This document shows, in pieces, positions 1 through 13,207 of a stretch of DNA of 64,000 nucleotides. Under the pieces are notes generated by a model. That model did not search any database and was not told the DNA's origin. It saw only the letters and a list, made by a program, of their open reading frames with translations. The position numbers and the translations under genes are program-made. Origin of the DNA: Nemertoderma westbladi (taxonomy: Eukaryota > Animalia > Xenacoelomorpha); contig JAUCBJ010005230.1 in the NCBI GenBank assembly GCA_032718475.1, positions 10,773 through 74,772 on the forward strand. Reading direction: 5' to 3'. Each line of letters begins with the position of its first letter. Within the stretch, counting starts at the first letter, position 1.

Positions 1-175
1 TAGATAAAACGGTACTACAGTACAGTAGGAAGGACCTTTGTTACCTTGTTAGTCTGTTACATTCAATGTAGAAAGAAGCTTAAATTCTATATCATATTTA
101 TCCGAGACAGGTCCATTATTATCTATAAACGGGCAGCTACTAACTATATTTTTGTATTACAATACAATACACATA

Positions 176-638
176 ATGGAAAACGTTAGAGTTCCCTGCA
201 AATCCTGCGAGAGACAATTCGCTCCGGATATCATTGAACGCCATCAGAAAATATGCGCTAAACAATCAAAAAAGAAAGCGCGTAAAGTATTTGATTCCTT
301 AAAGCAGCGCGCAGTTGGATCGGATGTTCCTTTTCGAAGAGTTGCACCACCAGGGGTGCCTCCCCCGAAACAACCACCTCCGAAAACCAACTGGAAACAA
401 ACTCACAGCGAGTTTATAAACAACATTAGAGCAGCGAGGGATTTCCAGTACTGTCTGGACACGGGGAAACCACTACCGCCGCCACGGCCGGCTAGTGGAC
501 CTCCACCTGGATCTGTAAAGTGCGACGGTTGCGGACGTCATTTCAACCAGAAAGCGGCTGACCGCCACATTCCCCTTTGTACAGCGCGAGTAAAATCGTT
601 GGGGAAACCCGTCCACGCCCCGGCGGGCTTTAAGAGAG
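176..638 (+). CDS. ZC2HC1A: ZC2HC1A/FAM164-like zinc finger C2HC protein, paralogue 1, coding exon 1
   Basis: ATG at 176. Two C2HC fingers (CKSCERQF...HQKIC; CDGCGRHF...HIPLC) and family motifs KKARKVFDSLKQR and KTNWKQTHSEFINNIRAA. Donor AG|GTAACG at 638/639, phase 1. Confidence 0.85.
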
Positions 639-765
639 GTAACGGGGATGAGTGCTACTTCGCCATACGGGTAACCCAGCACCACTTCAAAAATAGTCCC
701 TTTGTTTGGTCAGATTTTCATTGCTATTATTAATTAAATTATCATTAAATTTGTATTGAATCAAA

Positions 766-1910
766 GTGGGCATTAGTTTGGCCTGGGGCCCCATTTTTTT
801 TCACTGCATCTACGGTTATATAATTTATATAAAATATAAATATATATACAGTATTATTGTATATATATTATATATTTATTTATTTCGTATATATTTAACA
901 TATGTTTTTGTATTTTTTTGTATTTACAATGTTTTAGAACAAGTCTCCTTGATATTATACATTCAAATTAACAACAAAATATGACGCCATAAAGTTTACA
1001 AAAATGGGGCCCCAGGCCACACTAATGCCTCAAAATGTTCTAGAACATTACTGTTTATAATGTGTATACAGTGTAATGACTCGGGTACCCTCTTTTTGGC
1101 AACTTTTGTTCATGTGAAAGTCGTGTTTTGGCAACTTTTGTTCATGTGAAAGTCGTGAGGTATCTTGTTCTGGAACAACTATTTGATCTTCCGATAGAAA
1201 GATTATAGTTACAGTACCGGTAGTTATTTGATTGGCTGGAATTCCGTATGCAGTCGCATTTGATATTTTGATATTAATTAGTGAAATTATGTACTTTTGC
1301 ATAGTAATATCATCACTGACTTCATTGCAACATTTTTCAAAAAATTATTGTGTTCTAGAACATTAGCTAATCGACTTGCTAGTAATTTTTCCAAACATGA
1401 TTTATTAAATATTAACACTTTATATTAGCTAGGTTTTGCTAATTTTTTATAAATATTATAGAACAGGTGTTAATAAATTTTGAACAATATTTTTGTTCTA
1501 GAACACAATTTTTATACTACAGTAGCAAGTTTTTCTACTTTTTTTAGGCTAGATTTCCGTACAGCACTACATTTTTAAAACATATATCATTGGTACTATG
1601 GCAACGTGGAAGAGTTCAAGAACAATCGAAAAGTATTATATACTATTCTATAACATAAATAAAATAAAAAATATAATGTTCTAGAACATATACTGTAGCT
1701 AAATTAAAAAATAAACCTTGATTTTTGATTAGCGGAAGCTAATGTTCTGAAATTAGCTAATATTGTGCTCTACTGTATAACACAATGTTTTTTTGAAAAA
1801 TGTTGTGAGGAAGTCAACGATGGTAATTTAGTTAAAAATTAGTCATAATATGGAACTGTATATATTTCATAAAAAATATTTTAGAAAATGCGACTGCATG
1901 CGGAACTGTT
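766..1910. mobile_element. Degenerate foldback/MITE-like inverted repeats in the ZC2HC1A-like intron
   Basis: GGCATTAGTTTGGCCTGGGGCCCCATTTT (769-797) is inverted at about 1001-1029. A second inverted pair lies at about 1240-1365 vs 1775-1910. TGTTCTAGAACA recurs. No TSD identified. Confidence 0.45.
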
Positions 1911-2439
1911 CCCTTTTGGTTTTGTATTAGCTATTTAATTTTATTAGCTAGTAAAAAAATTTTAATTTGAAAACAGTAGATTTAATCCTAAAATAAATCT
2001 ACTGCATCTGGAATAATGAAGTCATGGAGGCTAGTAATTAGCTAGATTAGCTAGTTATTATTTATACTGTAACAAGTGCTTTATTTCATGTTGAATGTCA
2101 ATAATTCACAAATAATTATCGTAGAAGTTAGTAGGCCTACAGTACTGTATTTTGATAGTATTTTTTTTTATAAAATCTTATAATCTATAAACTCTTCGTA
2201 CAAACATTAGTTATATAACTAGTTATTTCGTATTTATAATTTGGATATATGGTTGAATAAAAGTATTGGTCAAAATTTTTTAATATTGATTATTTCCAAT
2301 TTTATTATCAAATTAATTAATTATTTTCCTATTTTAAAAAAAAACAGAATTTTTCACATTTCGAAGCCAATAAAAACAGTTAGGATTAATATTTTAAAAT
2401 TCTGACTAACACTTTTGAAGATGCCAGGCATGTGGTTAC

Positions 2440-3207
2440 TCTGTCCAAATTTCATGAAAAAAATTAAAAATTGGCTTAGGAGTAACATTTTAAATTTCGT
2501 TGAAATTAAAAATACCATTCCGAGATAATTGCCTTTAAAATTTGAACCGTCCCGCGCAAAAATTGTCTGTTAATATGTGAGTATGTCTGTCAATATCTAT
2601 CTATCAACATGAAAGCATAAAATAATGCAAAGATTTTTGCTATGGGGGTTATCCTGGTCGCTGATTTCATTTCTGAGGTCAGTTTTCAATTTTAAAGAAA
2701 TCTAGTTTGTCTGTACGTCTGTCTGCCGGTCTTTCTGACTATCCGACTATTTGTCTATCAAATACTGTATAAGCCTACCATTGAGCTAAAAGTTTAGCTA
2801 TAGGGGTTTTCCTGGTCGCAGAATTCATTTCGAGTGTCAATTGTATCATTTGATGACTTCAAAATTGTCTGTTGGGCTGTCAGACTGTCGGATATATTTT
2901 GACAGACAGACAGACAGGCATACAGACATAACCGACAAGGCCAAATTTGATTAATGACATCAGATATAAAGTCACCGACCACGAAAACTCATATATGGAA
3001 TTTTTTAGACAGATAGTATGCTTTTATTGACGGACAGACATACTGACGGACAAACCGACAGTAAAACGGACAGACAGCCATATCTTGAGAAGTAAGAGAG
3101 ATCTTGCTAAACGGTTTTCAAATTTGGAATCTTGATAAAAATCTGCTCTATATGAAATAAAAAAAATTTGCAAAAAATTATTGAATTAGCGCTACCCCAA
3201 ACCTTAA
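2440..3207. repeat. Dispersed non-autonomous repeat family, copy A
   Basis: About 2500-3150 aligns by eye with 45310-45935 (GAGATAATTGCCTTTAAA...CCCGCGCAAAA...GATCTTGCTAAACGGTTTTCAAATTTGGAATC). Ends in CCTTAA. Confidence 0.65.
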
Positions 3208-3471
3208 TAAAAAAATGTTACAAAACAAGTATTTTTGTTCCAGTTTTAAGATGTTTTCGTAAAAATAATTTTTAAACACTAACTACCTGCGATATGAGAG
3301 CTAGTTGTAATATTCCGATGTTATTATTGATTTTTAAATTGATTAAATGTTCTAGAACAATGTGTGCCCATTAAAAATAAAAGAAACTGTTTATGTAGCC
3401 CAAACATTTAAGTGAGAGTTGGCTCTTCGTCCATATGGCGAATTAGTAAATGTAAATCCGCGTTGCCTCAG

Positions 3472-4091
3472 ATACCAGACCAGAAAGCGCACAAGCACGT
3501 AACCAATCACGTCAAGGCACTGCTAGATCGCAATACTACGGAAAAGTGCCACCCCAAAGTACAGCTAAACCACGTAATACTACATACACGGTAGCTCCTT
3601 CAAAAAACGGGACTATTTCCCAAAACTCTTTAGGAACACCTACAAAAACACGCTTCGCCGCACCGAAATCATCAAATGGGCGGGGTCGTATTAGCTTTGA
3701 TACTCACGGTGCTGGTACAGGAGTCCGGTCAGCCACAATGCCTGGGCGTAATGAGGTGATTCCAACCACCACTGGCAAGAGGGCCCCGTCCACGTCTGGG
3801 CGTGCCAGTAATATTCTCGCTATCAAAAAGCCCGGTACCCGGCCTGAAAAGAGATTTCCATACCTCACCAACGAAACTGTATCTGGGGCCCCGAGCATTA
3901 AATCGCCGCCGAAACCACAGCTCAGTGGCCGGTTCCGTCTTCCGAGTTTCCCTAGCAACGCGTTCAAAGAGACCAGCCAATCAGGCCCCACTAAACGGGC
4001 AGCTAAGTTCTGCACTGGTTGCGGTTCTAAGTATGAGACAGACTGCATCAAATTCTGCCCCAATTGTGGTGTCAAAAATCTTTCGATATAA
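3472..4091 (+). CDS. ZC2HC1A: ZC2HC1A-like paralogue 1, coding exon 2 (low-complexity region plus C-terminal zinc ribbon)
   Basis: Acceptor TTGCCTCAG|AT at 3471/3472. The phase-1 join is in frame with ORF 3546-4091 and gives about 360 aa. Ends KFCTGCGSKY...KFCPNCGVK, the same C-terminal module as the paralogue at 12242. Confidence 0.8.
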
Positions 4092-4164
4092 CGGCAACAT
4101 GGTTGTTTCTGTTTGTTGATTGTTATTTGGTATTTCCTTGTTTCCTATTTGGTATTCTAATGAT

Positions 4165-6172
4165 GGATAGGTGGAATTTGTGACAATACCTAAAAATGGT
4201 GACAACAGTCAGCCAGTCAAAAAAATGGTGGACCATTATTAAAAATTGCTTCAAAGAATATGAATAACAGTAGATCTCAGTCCTAAAAGTATACTTCTTC
4301 TAAGTTTCAGCTCCGCATATCGCCCGGAAGTCACAAGAAAACAGTCAAACGTCTGAGGACAACACACAAAATGTCTGGACGTGTGTTAACACTCGAAATC
4401 ATGAATTCAGTATTCTGCAATACAGCTTACCATTTAGGCCTACACTGTTGCACAGTTGTTGTAGTTTATGCATTTCTTTCAACCGTTGTCTGTCCTTCGT
4501 CTGTTGATCTGTCGACGAATGTTTGGAGGCTAAGAAACGTTCTTCGATGGAATTAATTATATACAGTGGGTCAAGGTTGAAATATTGATACCCATACACC
4601 CGTCAGGGTTAGCCCATACGCTAAAGCTTGCGAACCAGCGAGAGATTCCACTGCCAGTTGTCTATGCAAAAGTCTAAATCGTCCTTCACAACACACGCGA
4701 AGTCTCCCTTCATATTCCACATTCCAACATATTCTGGGAGTTTATCGGTAGATATACTACGGTACTGTAGGATGGTTTGCAAGCAGCTTGGCCTACGGCT
4801 GTACGGGTATCACTATTTCAACCTTGGCCTATAATTATTCCATCGAAGATTGTTTATTTGACTTCAGACATTCGGCGACAGATCGACCAACAGACGGCAG
4901 GACATACAACGATTGAAAGAAATACATAAACTACTGTACAACACTATGGGCCTAACTGGTAGTAAGCTATGGCATACTTTTAGTATTTTTATTCGACATT
5001 TTAATTCCCCTTGATATTCTTCTGAATTTAGTCGCGAGATAAATGATTAAACTCGCGAGAAAATTATCAAACTCGCGAGAAAATTATTAAACTCGCGAGA
5101 AAATCATTAAACTCGCGAGAAAAATGATTAAATTCGCGAGACAATTATAAATCTCGCGAGATAAATGATTAAACTCGCGAAAAAATAATTAATTTCGCGA
5201 GATAAATGATTAAACTCGCGAGAGAAAATAATTAAACTCGCGAGAAAATAATTAATCTCGCGAGATAAAAGATTAAACTCGCGAGATTAAATGATTAGAC
5301 TCGCGAGAAAATAATTAATCTCGCGAGATAAATGATTAAACTCGCGAGAAAATAATTAATATCGCGAGATAAATTATTAAACTCGCGAGAAAAATGATTA
5401 AATTCGCGAGAAAATAACAAACATGCTACGTATTAACGTATACATTTAAACAAACATGCTTCCCTAAACTCGACACGACGCCCCTTAATACAGACAGGAG
5501 GCAGAGGTTACGGTATGCTGAAATGAATGATATAGAAAGAAGGCCTATTTAATACCTATTATATCCCTAGATTGCACCTATAAGGGTATTTCCTCTGCTG
5601 CTATTGGATAGCCGTTTCCTACTGTCCCAATTAACAGCCAATCGCGATTTTTTTCGCGAGATGTGTATTTTTCTCGCGAGTTTAATCATTAATCTCGCGA
5701 GATTAATTAATTTCTCGCGAGTTTAATCATTTATCTCGCGAGATTAATAAATTTCTCGCGAGTTTAATAATTTATCTCGCGAGTTTAATTATTTTCTCGC
5801 GAGTTTAATCATTTATCTCGCGATATTAATTATTTTCTCGCGAGTTTAATCATTTATCTCGCGACTAAATTCAGAAGAATATCAAGGGGAATTAAAATGT
5901 CGAATAAAAATACTAAAAGTATGCCATAGTAAGCAGTATTGCATAGTACTGCATTCATGACTTGGAGTGTTGTCCGGACATATTGTGTGTTGTCTCCAGA
6001 CGTTTGACTGTTTTCCTACGACTTGCCGGCAATATGTCTGTATGTAGAGCTGAAACTTGGCAGAATTGTTATGTGCATTGTTTGTGGCCATTTTTGATAA
6101 TGGTCAACTTTTTTTTGACTGTGGCTTACTGTTGTCACCGTTTTTAGTTGTTGTCTCAAATTCCACCTATCC
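4165..6172. mobile_element. Non-autonomous Mutator-like (MULE) element with long TIRs
   Basis: Termini GGATAGGTGGAATTTG / CAAATTCCACCTATCC. Imperfect inverted arms of about 450 bp. Perfect 9-bp TSD TCTAATGAT (4156-4164, 6173-6181). Confidence 0.85.
4968..5928. mobile_element. Foldback-type DNA transposon nested in the MULE right arm
   Basis: About 80-bp perfect TIR (TATGGCATACTTTTAGTATTTTTATTCGAC...), followed by ~20-bp tandem units around CTCGCGAG in opposite orientation on each side. Flanked by GTAAGC duplication. Confidence 0.85.
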
Positions 6173-6227
6173 TCTAATGATTGTTCTAATGATGCTATGC
6201 CAGTATACGGTGTGAGAGAGATGAAAA

Positions 6228-6309
6228 TCAGACAGTCTGCTTATGTAATGTAGGTAGGCTACCGGTGTTAACATTACATACCCTACATTACATAAGCAGA
6301 CTGTCTGAT
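6228..6309. repeat. Short hairpin / mini-MITE
   Basis: ATCAGACAGTCTGCTTATGTAATGTAGG ... CCTACATTACATAAGCAGACTGTCTGAT, perfect arms of about 28 bp. Confidence 0.6.
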
Positions 6310-9125
6310 GTGTATGTTATTATTGTGTTTTTTCATTTAGAGATGAAAATGCTTTTAACCATATTATCTGCGATGTCAAACACCAATCTCTTAATGTAGG
6401 AAGTGAATAATAATTAGATTACGCAGCGGCCACCCCTTAGGTAACAATTCCACTCAAATAGGGAATTTTCCATTGAAATACAAATGTAGTAGAGGCCTAC
6501 AGGTGAAAAGATATGTATTTGTGTTACAGACAGCGTAAGATTTTATGGTAATTAATAATATTTAATAATTATCAATAACACAATTGTATATTTAATATAA
6601 AAAGGTGTTATTTATGAGTTTTTAGGGTCGGTTTGTTTAGCTTATCTTGAATTGGAAACATTCTATCCACATATGATATTTAACACCAGTAAACTGTGCA
6701 CTGCACATTATGCACAATGTGGTTGAATTTCTAACGTTGTTGCAACAGTAACTTTATTCACATAAATTCAAACTCGTTATTTATTGCAGTTGAAATACTA
6801 AGATTGTATCCACGTGTTTCACACATGCACACTTATGGTATATTATTGGTTGAATTGGGAACATTGTATCAACGAATAAAATCTAACTCTTGTACACTAG
6901 GTGCGCGAAAAAATTGAATAGAAACAATGGACTAAGTGGTAACAAGGTTCCCTGAATCGAGTGGGGGGGGGGGGGGGGGGGGGGGTGTGTTTGTTGTAAA
7001 AAACACGAGGAAACGATCGATATGGCGGGGAATACAATATTACAATTGTAAGAGCGGGAAGCCAATTTTGAAAATTTATTATATTGTTTTCTATGGAGGG
7101 ATTCGGATTCTGATTTTAGATTCATTAAAATAGGCAACACATTTAATCTCAATCATTTCACACGTGGCTTATATACAATTGAAAGCGGAGTCTTGTGCTT
7201 CTTTTGACACATACTATTAATTAAATTCATGGTGATGAACATTTGAAATTATTTTTTGAAAACAGGTTGGATTGACCGCCTACAAGCAGACAAGTAAAAA
7301 TTGTCATCTCATGCCAAAATTGTGATGGTCTCCTGTAATAAAGTTGGTCAAGACAAGGCCTTCGTTCGATCAAGCCCACTTCCGCACTTTGAATGCCATA
7401 TGGAATTCTATTTATAGACTGTCAACCGGAAGTTGATTGGCCTGAATTGTGTTCCTAGGCGACCGAGAACACTTTTCCTGATAACTGCATGTTTCAGAAG
7501 CTGTCAGCTGAAGTCTGGAAGTCCCTACAGCAATATGTAGGTGCGGTACCGTACTGCCGTAGGTACCTGGGTACCGGTTGCGTTGCCAGTTGTAGTTTTA
7601 GTTCAGCAGGGCACAGGGCAGCAATTAGCAATACGTCAGGCAGGACCCGCAGGACAGTACCGGTACATAACTGACTGACTACCCGACCGGTATAACTGAT
7701 AAGACTGACTGACTGACAACAACATACAGCAGTACAGTAGCCTACCATACCATTCTACTACTGTACTGCTGTACTAGCATAGGCAGATAGGCCTTGGCCA
7801 GTGATTTATGTAATTTTGTTAGACTTAGGCCTACACTGTACTTGGCCTACATTATTTCAGATATTATCAGGGCACCACTGCATTATAACGACACCCCAGT
7901 AATCCATTTTACATTCGATATCTCGTGTGGTTGACAGGTTGATAATAGACTGAATAGACTTGTGGCTGTAGGCAGGTAAGAAAAGAAGTAGGTTACAGAG
8001 GCGAGTTGGGCAGTTGGGGGAACCAAAACAACAACATGACTCGCGAAGTTGAGAATACATACGACTGTGTGACAGTATGATAGAGGTGAGAGATGATGCT
8101 CGTCGTTTGCTGATTCCACACGTCTTTGCAGTAATCTGGCAGTCTGGTAATATCATATAGGCCTATATCAGGATCAGCTGATCAATATATACTTACAGTA
8201 CCCCGGGTATTATATCAGTATTCGATTTTCAGTATTCGTACTCGCAAGTACGCCGAGTTGTGTCTGCACCGAAACACCTTAGCAGATTACGATTTATCAA
8301 ACCATACTAGCAAGGGGAGAGAGTGAGAGAGGTTAGCAACAACAAGTTGCAGTTCGTTGCGTTCCTTGGCAACTGTTCCTGGAAGCACACACCCGTCAAG
8401 CCAATCGTGGCATAGCTTCAAGTTGCCCGGAAATTCAAGCGGAATGTCGCGAGCGAGAAATTAAAGTTGCAATTGTTCCCATAGGTTTAGTTGAGTATAG
8501 GCCTAATAAATTTTTGATTAAGCGATCATTTTTAAGTTCGTTTTTTTAAGTCAAATTTTAAGCAATTATTATATTACAGTGGATATTTTTAGGAATTGTG
8601 GGATGTTGTACAATAATAAATCAATTTGCAGTTTGTGGCATTTATTAATAGTTAATTATTAGTTTTAGTTATTTAGGTAATTATACAATTATATGCAATA
8701 TTACACTGCAATGTATGCTAATCAAGTATTGTTATTATACTACTATTACGTTAATAAATAAACTTTCAAATAATTAGATTTCTTAATAAGGGCATAGCTG
8801 AATCAACAAACTTTTGAAAAAAGTATAAGTGGTTCGCCACGGGCATAGGGGATTCGACCTAAAAAGGTCTTACCATTGTGCCTCGAATGTAATATTTTTC
8901 ATTGCACAATATAGATCGAAATATTCGAATGATACATTTAATGATATTGGTAAAAGAGAGTTCGTTGTCCATCTAAAAAAACCCAAATCACAAAAAATCG
9001 CACAGCCAACTCAACCAAACAGCCAAATCAAAACAAATCACAAACCAAATCACACAGAAAATCACACCAAATCAGGGTCCTACGAATTACCCAAAAAACA
9101 CAATATTACCCAAAATAACACAAAA

Positions 9126-9466
<341 letters not shown>

Positions 9467-10846
9467 GGACCCGCAACAGTTTTACACAAAAATACACAAA
9501 AAATTACGCAAAAATACACAAAAAAAACACAATATTACCCAAAAAAAACTACCCAAAAAGACAAATAAAATTGTTTTTCATAAACAATGTATCTACAATA
9601 AGATTTAGATTAATTGTAAGAAGAGGTTCACTTTTCAGTTTTCAATTTTCACTTTTTTCAAAATATTACATTTTGTTCATTTGAAGATTCCTTTAATGAC
9701 CTACTGCCACCGGTTTACCGGTAAGCCTACCCACCCATACTGCCAGACAGCATACAAAATCAGATTTCTTAATTAATGGAAAGGAGCAGGTTACAGTAGC
9801 AGGCTTTTCTAACCAAAACAATAAACGATAGCCAAAGAACACAGGTTACAGTCTTATTTTTCCAACCCTATGGGATATAAATTATTTTTGTCTTTTTGGG
9901 TAAGTTTTTTGGGTAATATTGTGTTTTATTGTGTTTTTTGGGTAAATTTTTGTGTTTTTTTGTATTTTTTTGTGTTTTTTTGTGTATTTTTGGGTAATTT
10001 TGATTAGTAAATTGAAATTGAAGTTTGAGTGAATTTGAAAAGTAAAGGAGCACGTTACAGTGGAGCCAGAAGGAACCAAGATAATATCAATTAAAGAAAA
10101 TACAAATCCGAATTTTTTGTGTGTTTCGTACTGGTATGATTTATTGTGATTTGGCGTGATTTGTAGCGTTGAGAACTACTATTACTGTAATTATACTGTA
10201 TATAACTGTAACTGAATGATTTTGATAAGTTTAAGATACTGTACCATGTAACTGCAACTGTAATTCCGAATTTTGAATATTGAAACTGAAATTAATTTCT
10301 AAAAATCAATTCAGTTCTTAACCACACAACTAACATGAATGAGCAGAGCATTGGGCACAGAATTGTAATAGTATATAGTTTAGTTTAATAAATGAATAAC
10401 ACTGGTCGAGATGGGTATCATTATTAAAACATATTATTGTTTATTATTATGTTTTGGACCTTGATAGTAGTCAAGTGGCCTAAAGACCCTTTCTACGGGT
10501 AAGAGCCTAGAGTCTTATACCCCCCAAACTAACAAAAAACATAGAATCAGGACATTTATATATTCATTTATATTTATAATACATTTATATTCATCTATTC
10601 ATTCCTTTATCTATATACCATCATATTATGCAATGTAGAGCAAAGACCCTTTGACCACTTAGTTCAACTGTGATTTATTTTCCTTCCTAAATATGATGTC
10701 GTACGATTTATTGTGATTTGCTTCCATTTATTGTGATTTGGTGTGATTTGACTGCGATTAGTGCGATTTGATGACATTTGTTGTGAGTTGGTATGATCTG
10801 GGTGTTTAGACTGAACTGAATGAAAAACCACTGGGACGCCAATGTG

Positions 10847-12043
10847 CAGTGCCGGATTACCCAATGTGCACAGTGTGCACGTGCACAGTGTGCACGTGCA
10901 CAGGGGCCTCCACCACTGAGGGGCCTCCACCACTCAACACTCAAAAAAAACAGAAAAACTTACAGGAAAGGACAGTGGTTTAGTACATAAATGTTTCAGT
11001 TATTCACTAGTAGGAGTAGGCCTACACGTACAGTATAAGCTATAAAGTTTCAGTTTGAGGTTTAGTCTGTGAGTACAACTTACAGTAGTAGGTCTACAGT
11101 ACACTACATGTATACAGAAAGACAGTGGTGTTTAGTACATAAATGTTTCAGTTATTCACTAGTAGGTGTAGGCTTACACGTATAAGCTATAAAGTTTCAG
11201 TTTGATGTTCAGTCTGTGAGTACAACTTACAGTAGTACGTCTACAGTACACTACATGCTGACATGTATACAGTACTGTTTTGCTAACTGTAGCTGTGGCA
11301 GACCGATCAGCAGACCAACACGTCGAAAAGAAACGAAAGCAAATGTCTGGCCATGAAAAACGTAATGAGAGGAGACACAGGCTATTGCAGGAACACAGCC
11401 ACTTACAGCTTTCTTTGGACCAGTGGCAGGGGCAGCAATAAGTGAAGAGAGTGACGACGGTGTGATGCTGGCTCCAGTTATTTACCAGGTACGGACTCGG
11501 ACTGTGAGGTCCAAGAGGAAGACATAGATGTGCAGCAAGATCCAGACAGCCAGAGACGGAACCTAAAGTCCTGCTTGTTGAATGTGATGTCGGCCTGTGG
11601 CCAGATAAACTTACTGACGTTCGAATTGATGCTGTGGTTAACTTGGATGTGTCCAAGCTACATAGCATGCGGATCCAAAGTTACTTGAACTGTCCACAGT
11701 GCAGACAGTTCAGAAGGAAGGACGTTCAGTAGCTCGGAAGTGTGGTGTGAGCATGTTTGAACGCAAGCTAAAGAACACAAAGTCTTCCAAGCGCACCTGG
11801 TTGTGCTTTAGTCCATATTATACACGACTTTGCGTCTCGCAAGGCTCGTAAAGTTGTTTTCTAAATAAAGTACTATATATACTGGTTAGATTCTTTTTTG
11901 TATTATTATTCTTTGTTTTATTCATAATATTCGTTTAAATCTAAGTATATCTCTCTATCTCTGATTGATCAGGGCCCCCCCCCCCCCCCCCCCCCCCCCC
12001 AATCATGTGCACAGGGGCCCCCACCGGGCTTGATCCGGCTCTG
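10847..12043 (+). mobile_element. Internally deleted hAT DNA transposon
   Basis: TIR CAGTGCCGGATTA / TGATCCGGCTCTG. Perfect 8-bp TSD CCAATGTG (10839-10846, 12044-12051). GTGCACAG and GGGCCCC subterminal motifs. Decayed N-terminal transposase-like peptide (MSGHEKRN...DVGLWPD...RTWLCFS) at about 11343-11820. Internal direct duplication at about 10970-11260. Confidence 0.85.
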
Positions 12044-12241
12044 CCAATGTGCATAACATATTGCTGTAGTGGAGCGTGTATAAGCGTGTAATATACGTCC
12101 ACGTTCAATAAGGTACCGATGCGTGGTACGAAGGGGTACGGTACCTCTGTTTATCCATCTATTCTGTTGTAAAATTAAAAGTAACTGATTACCGGTACCG
12201 GTAGGCCTACTGCATATTCCGTTATAACGTTGCAACTGGCA

Positions 12242-13207
12242 ATGGCGGATGACGATAGAATTCCGTGCAATATTTGCAACAGGAAATTTGCCGCGGAAAC
12301 TTTGGAACGGCATTTCGCCATCTGCAAGAAGACGACCAAGAAGAAACCCCGGAAAGTCTTCGACTCTATGAAGCAACGGGCCGAGGGATCAGACGTCCCG
12401 TACCAGCGCACACGGGGCGTAAAGCCCGGACAGCCTCCCCCGACACACCCCGCCCCAAAGTCGAACTGGCGGGCCACTCACGATGACTTTATCCGCAACA
12501 TCCGCGCCGCAAAACAGGCGCAGCATTGTATCGATACGGGGAAGCCATTGCCCCCACCACCGGCGCCCAGCGGACCGCCACCCGGGTACATACAGTGTGG
12601 CGGCTGCGGACGCCACTTCAACGCAACTGCCGCAGAGCGCCACATCCCATTGTGTAAAGACAGAGTGAAGACGCTGGGTAAACCGTTGAACCCGACGGTT
12701 AGACGCGGAGGGTATGCGGCTGGGCGGGGTGCGGTGGGTAGGGGCACGGGGGCACCACCCAGAGCGGCAGCGCAGCCCAACTCTGCCAGCGCCATCACTA
12801 AACCGGCCCCGACCGCGACCGGCCGCGCCCAGGTCGGGAAGACCACCCCGGGGGCCTCACGCATCCCTAGCACGGGGTCCCGTGTCCCCAACGGGGGGTC
12901 CCGTCTCCCTAGCGGTGGTTCCCGGATTCCGAGTGGGGGTTCCCGGATACCGAGTGGGGGTTCCCGGATACCCGCTCGAGGAGACCGCGCCGCGCCCACC
13001 GCCGCCCAGACCAGCGGGATCCCCCGTGGTGGCTCGTCGGAGGCTCAGCGTCCGTCGGGCGATCGTCGCCCTTCGGTAGAGGCAGGGCGTCGCCCATCCG
13101 GGTCAACGAACCTTGCCCGATTCTGTACGGAATGTGGCGAGAAGTTCCCTTCCCCAACCAGTAAGTTCTGTATGAGTTGCGGTGTAAAACGAACTGCCAT
13201 ATCCTAA
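12242..13207 (+). CDS. ZC2HC1A: ZC2HC1A/FAM164-like zinc finger C2HC protein, paralogue 2 (intronless, 321 aa)
   Basis: ATG at 12242. CNICNRKF...HFAIC, KVFDSMKQR, KSNWRATHDDFIRNIRAA, CGGCGRHF...HIPLC and C-terminal RFCTECGEKF...KFCMSCGVKR. GC-rich intact ORF. AATAAA at 13435. Confidence 0.92.
   Translation: MADDDRIPCNICNRKFAAETLERHFAICKKTTKKKPRKVFDSMKQRAEGSDVPYQRTRGVKPGQPPPTHPAPKSNWRATHDDFIRNIRAAKQAQHCIDTGKPLPPPPAPSGPPPGYIQCGGCGRHFNATAAERHIPLCKDRVKTLGKPLNPTVRRGGYAAGRGAVGRGTGAPPRAAAQPNSASAITKPAPTATGRAQVGKTTPGASRIPSTGSRVPNGGSRLPSGGSRIPSGGSRIPSGGSRIPARGDRAAPTAAQTSGIPRGGSSEAQRPSGDRRPSVEAGRRPSGSTNLARFCTECGEKFPSPTSKFCMSCGVKRTAIS

Noticed and set aside
5030-5865. CRISPR-like short palindromic repeats (CTCGCGAG units)
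   Set aside because: No unique spacers and no cas genes. The repeats are the inverted arms of a eukaryotic foldback transposon.
7190-7490. Possible decayed transposase coding fragment on the minus strand
   Set aside because: Multiple stops and no motif I can recognise.
12478-12999. Antisense and alternative-frame ORFs over the ZC2HC1A-like genes (also 3704-4075) and the ZNF gene (59065-59760)
   Set aside because: Shadow ORFs of GC-rich or repetitive coding sequence.
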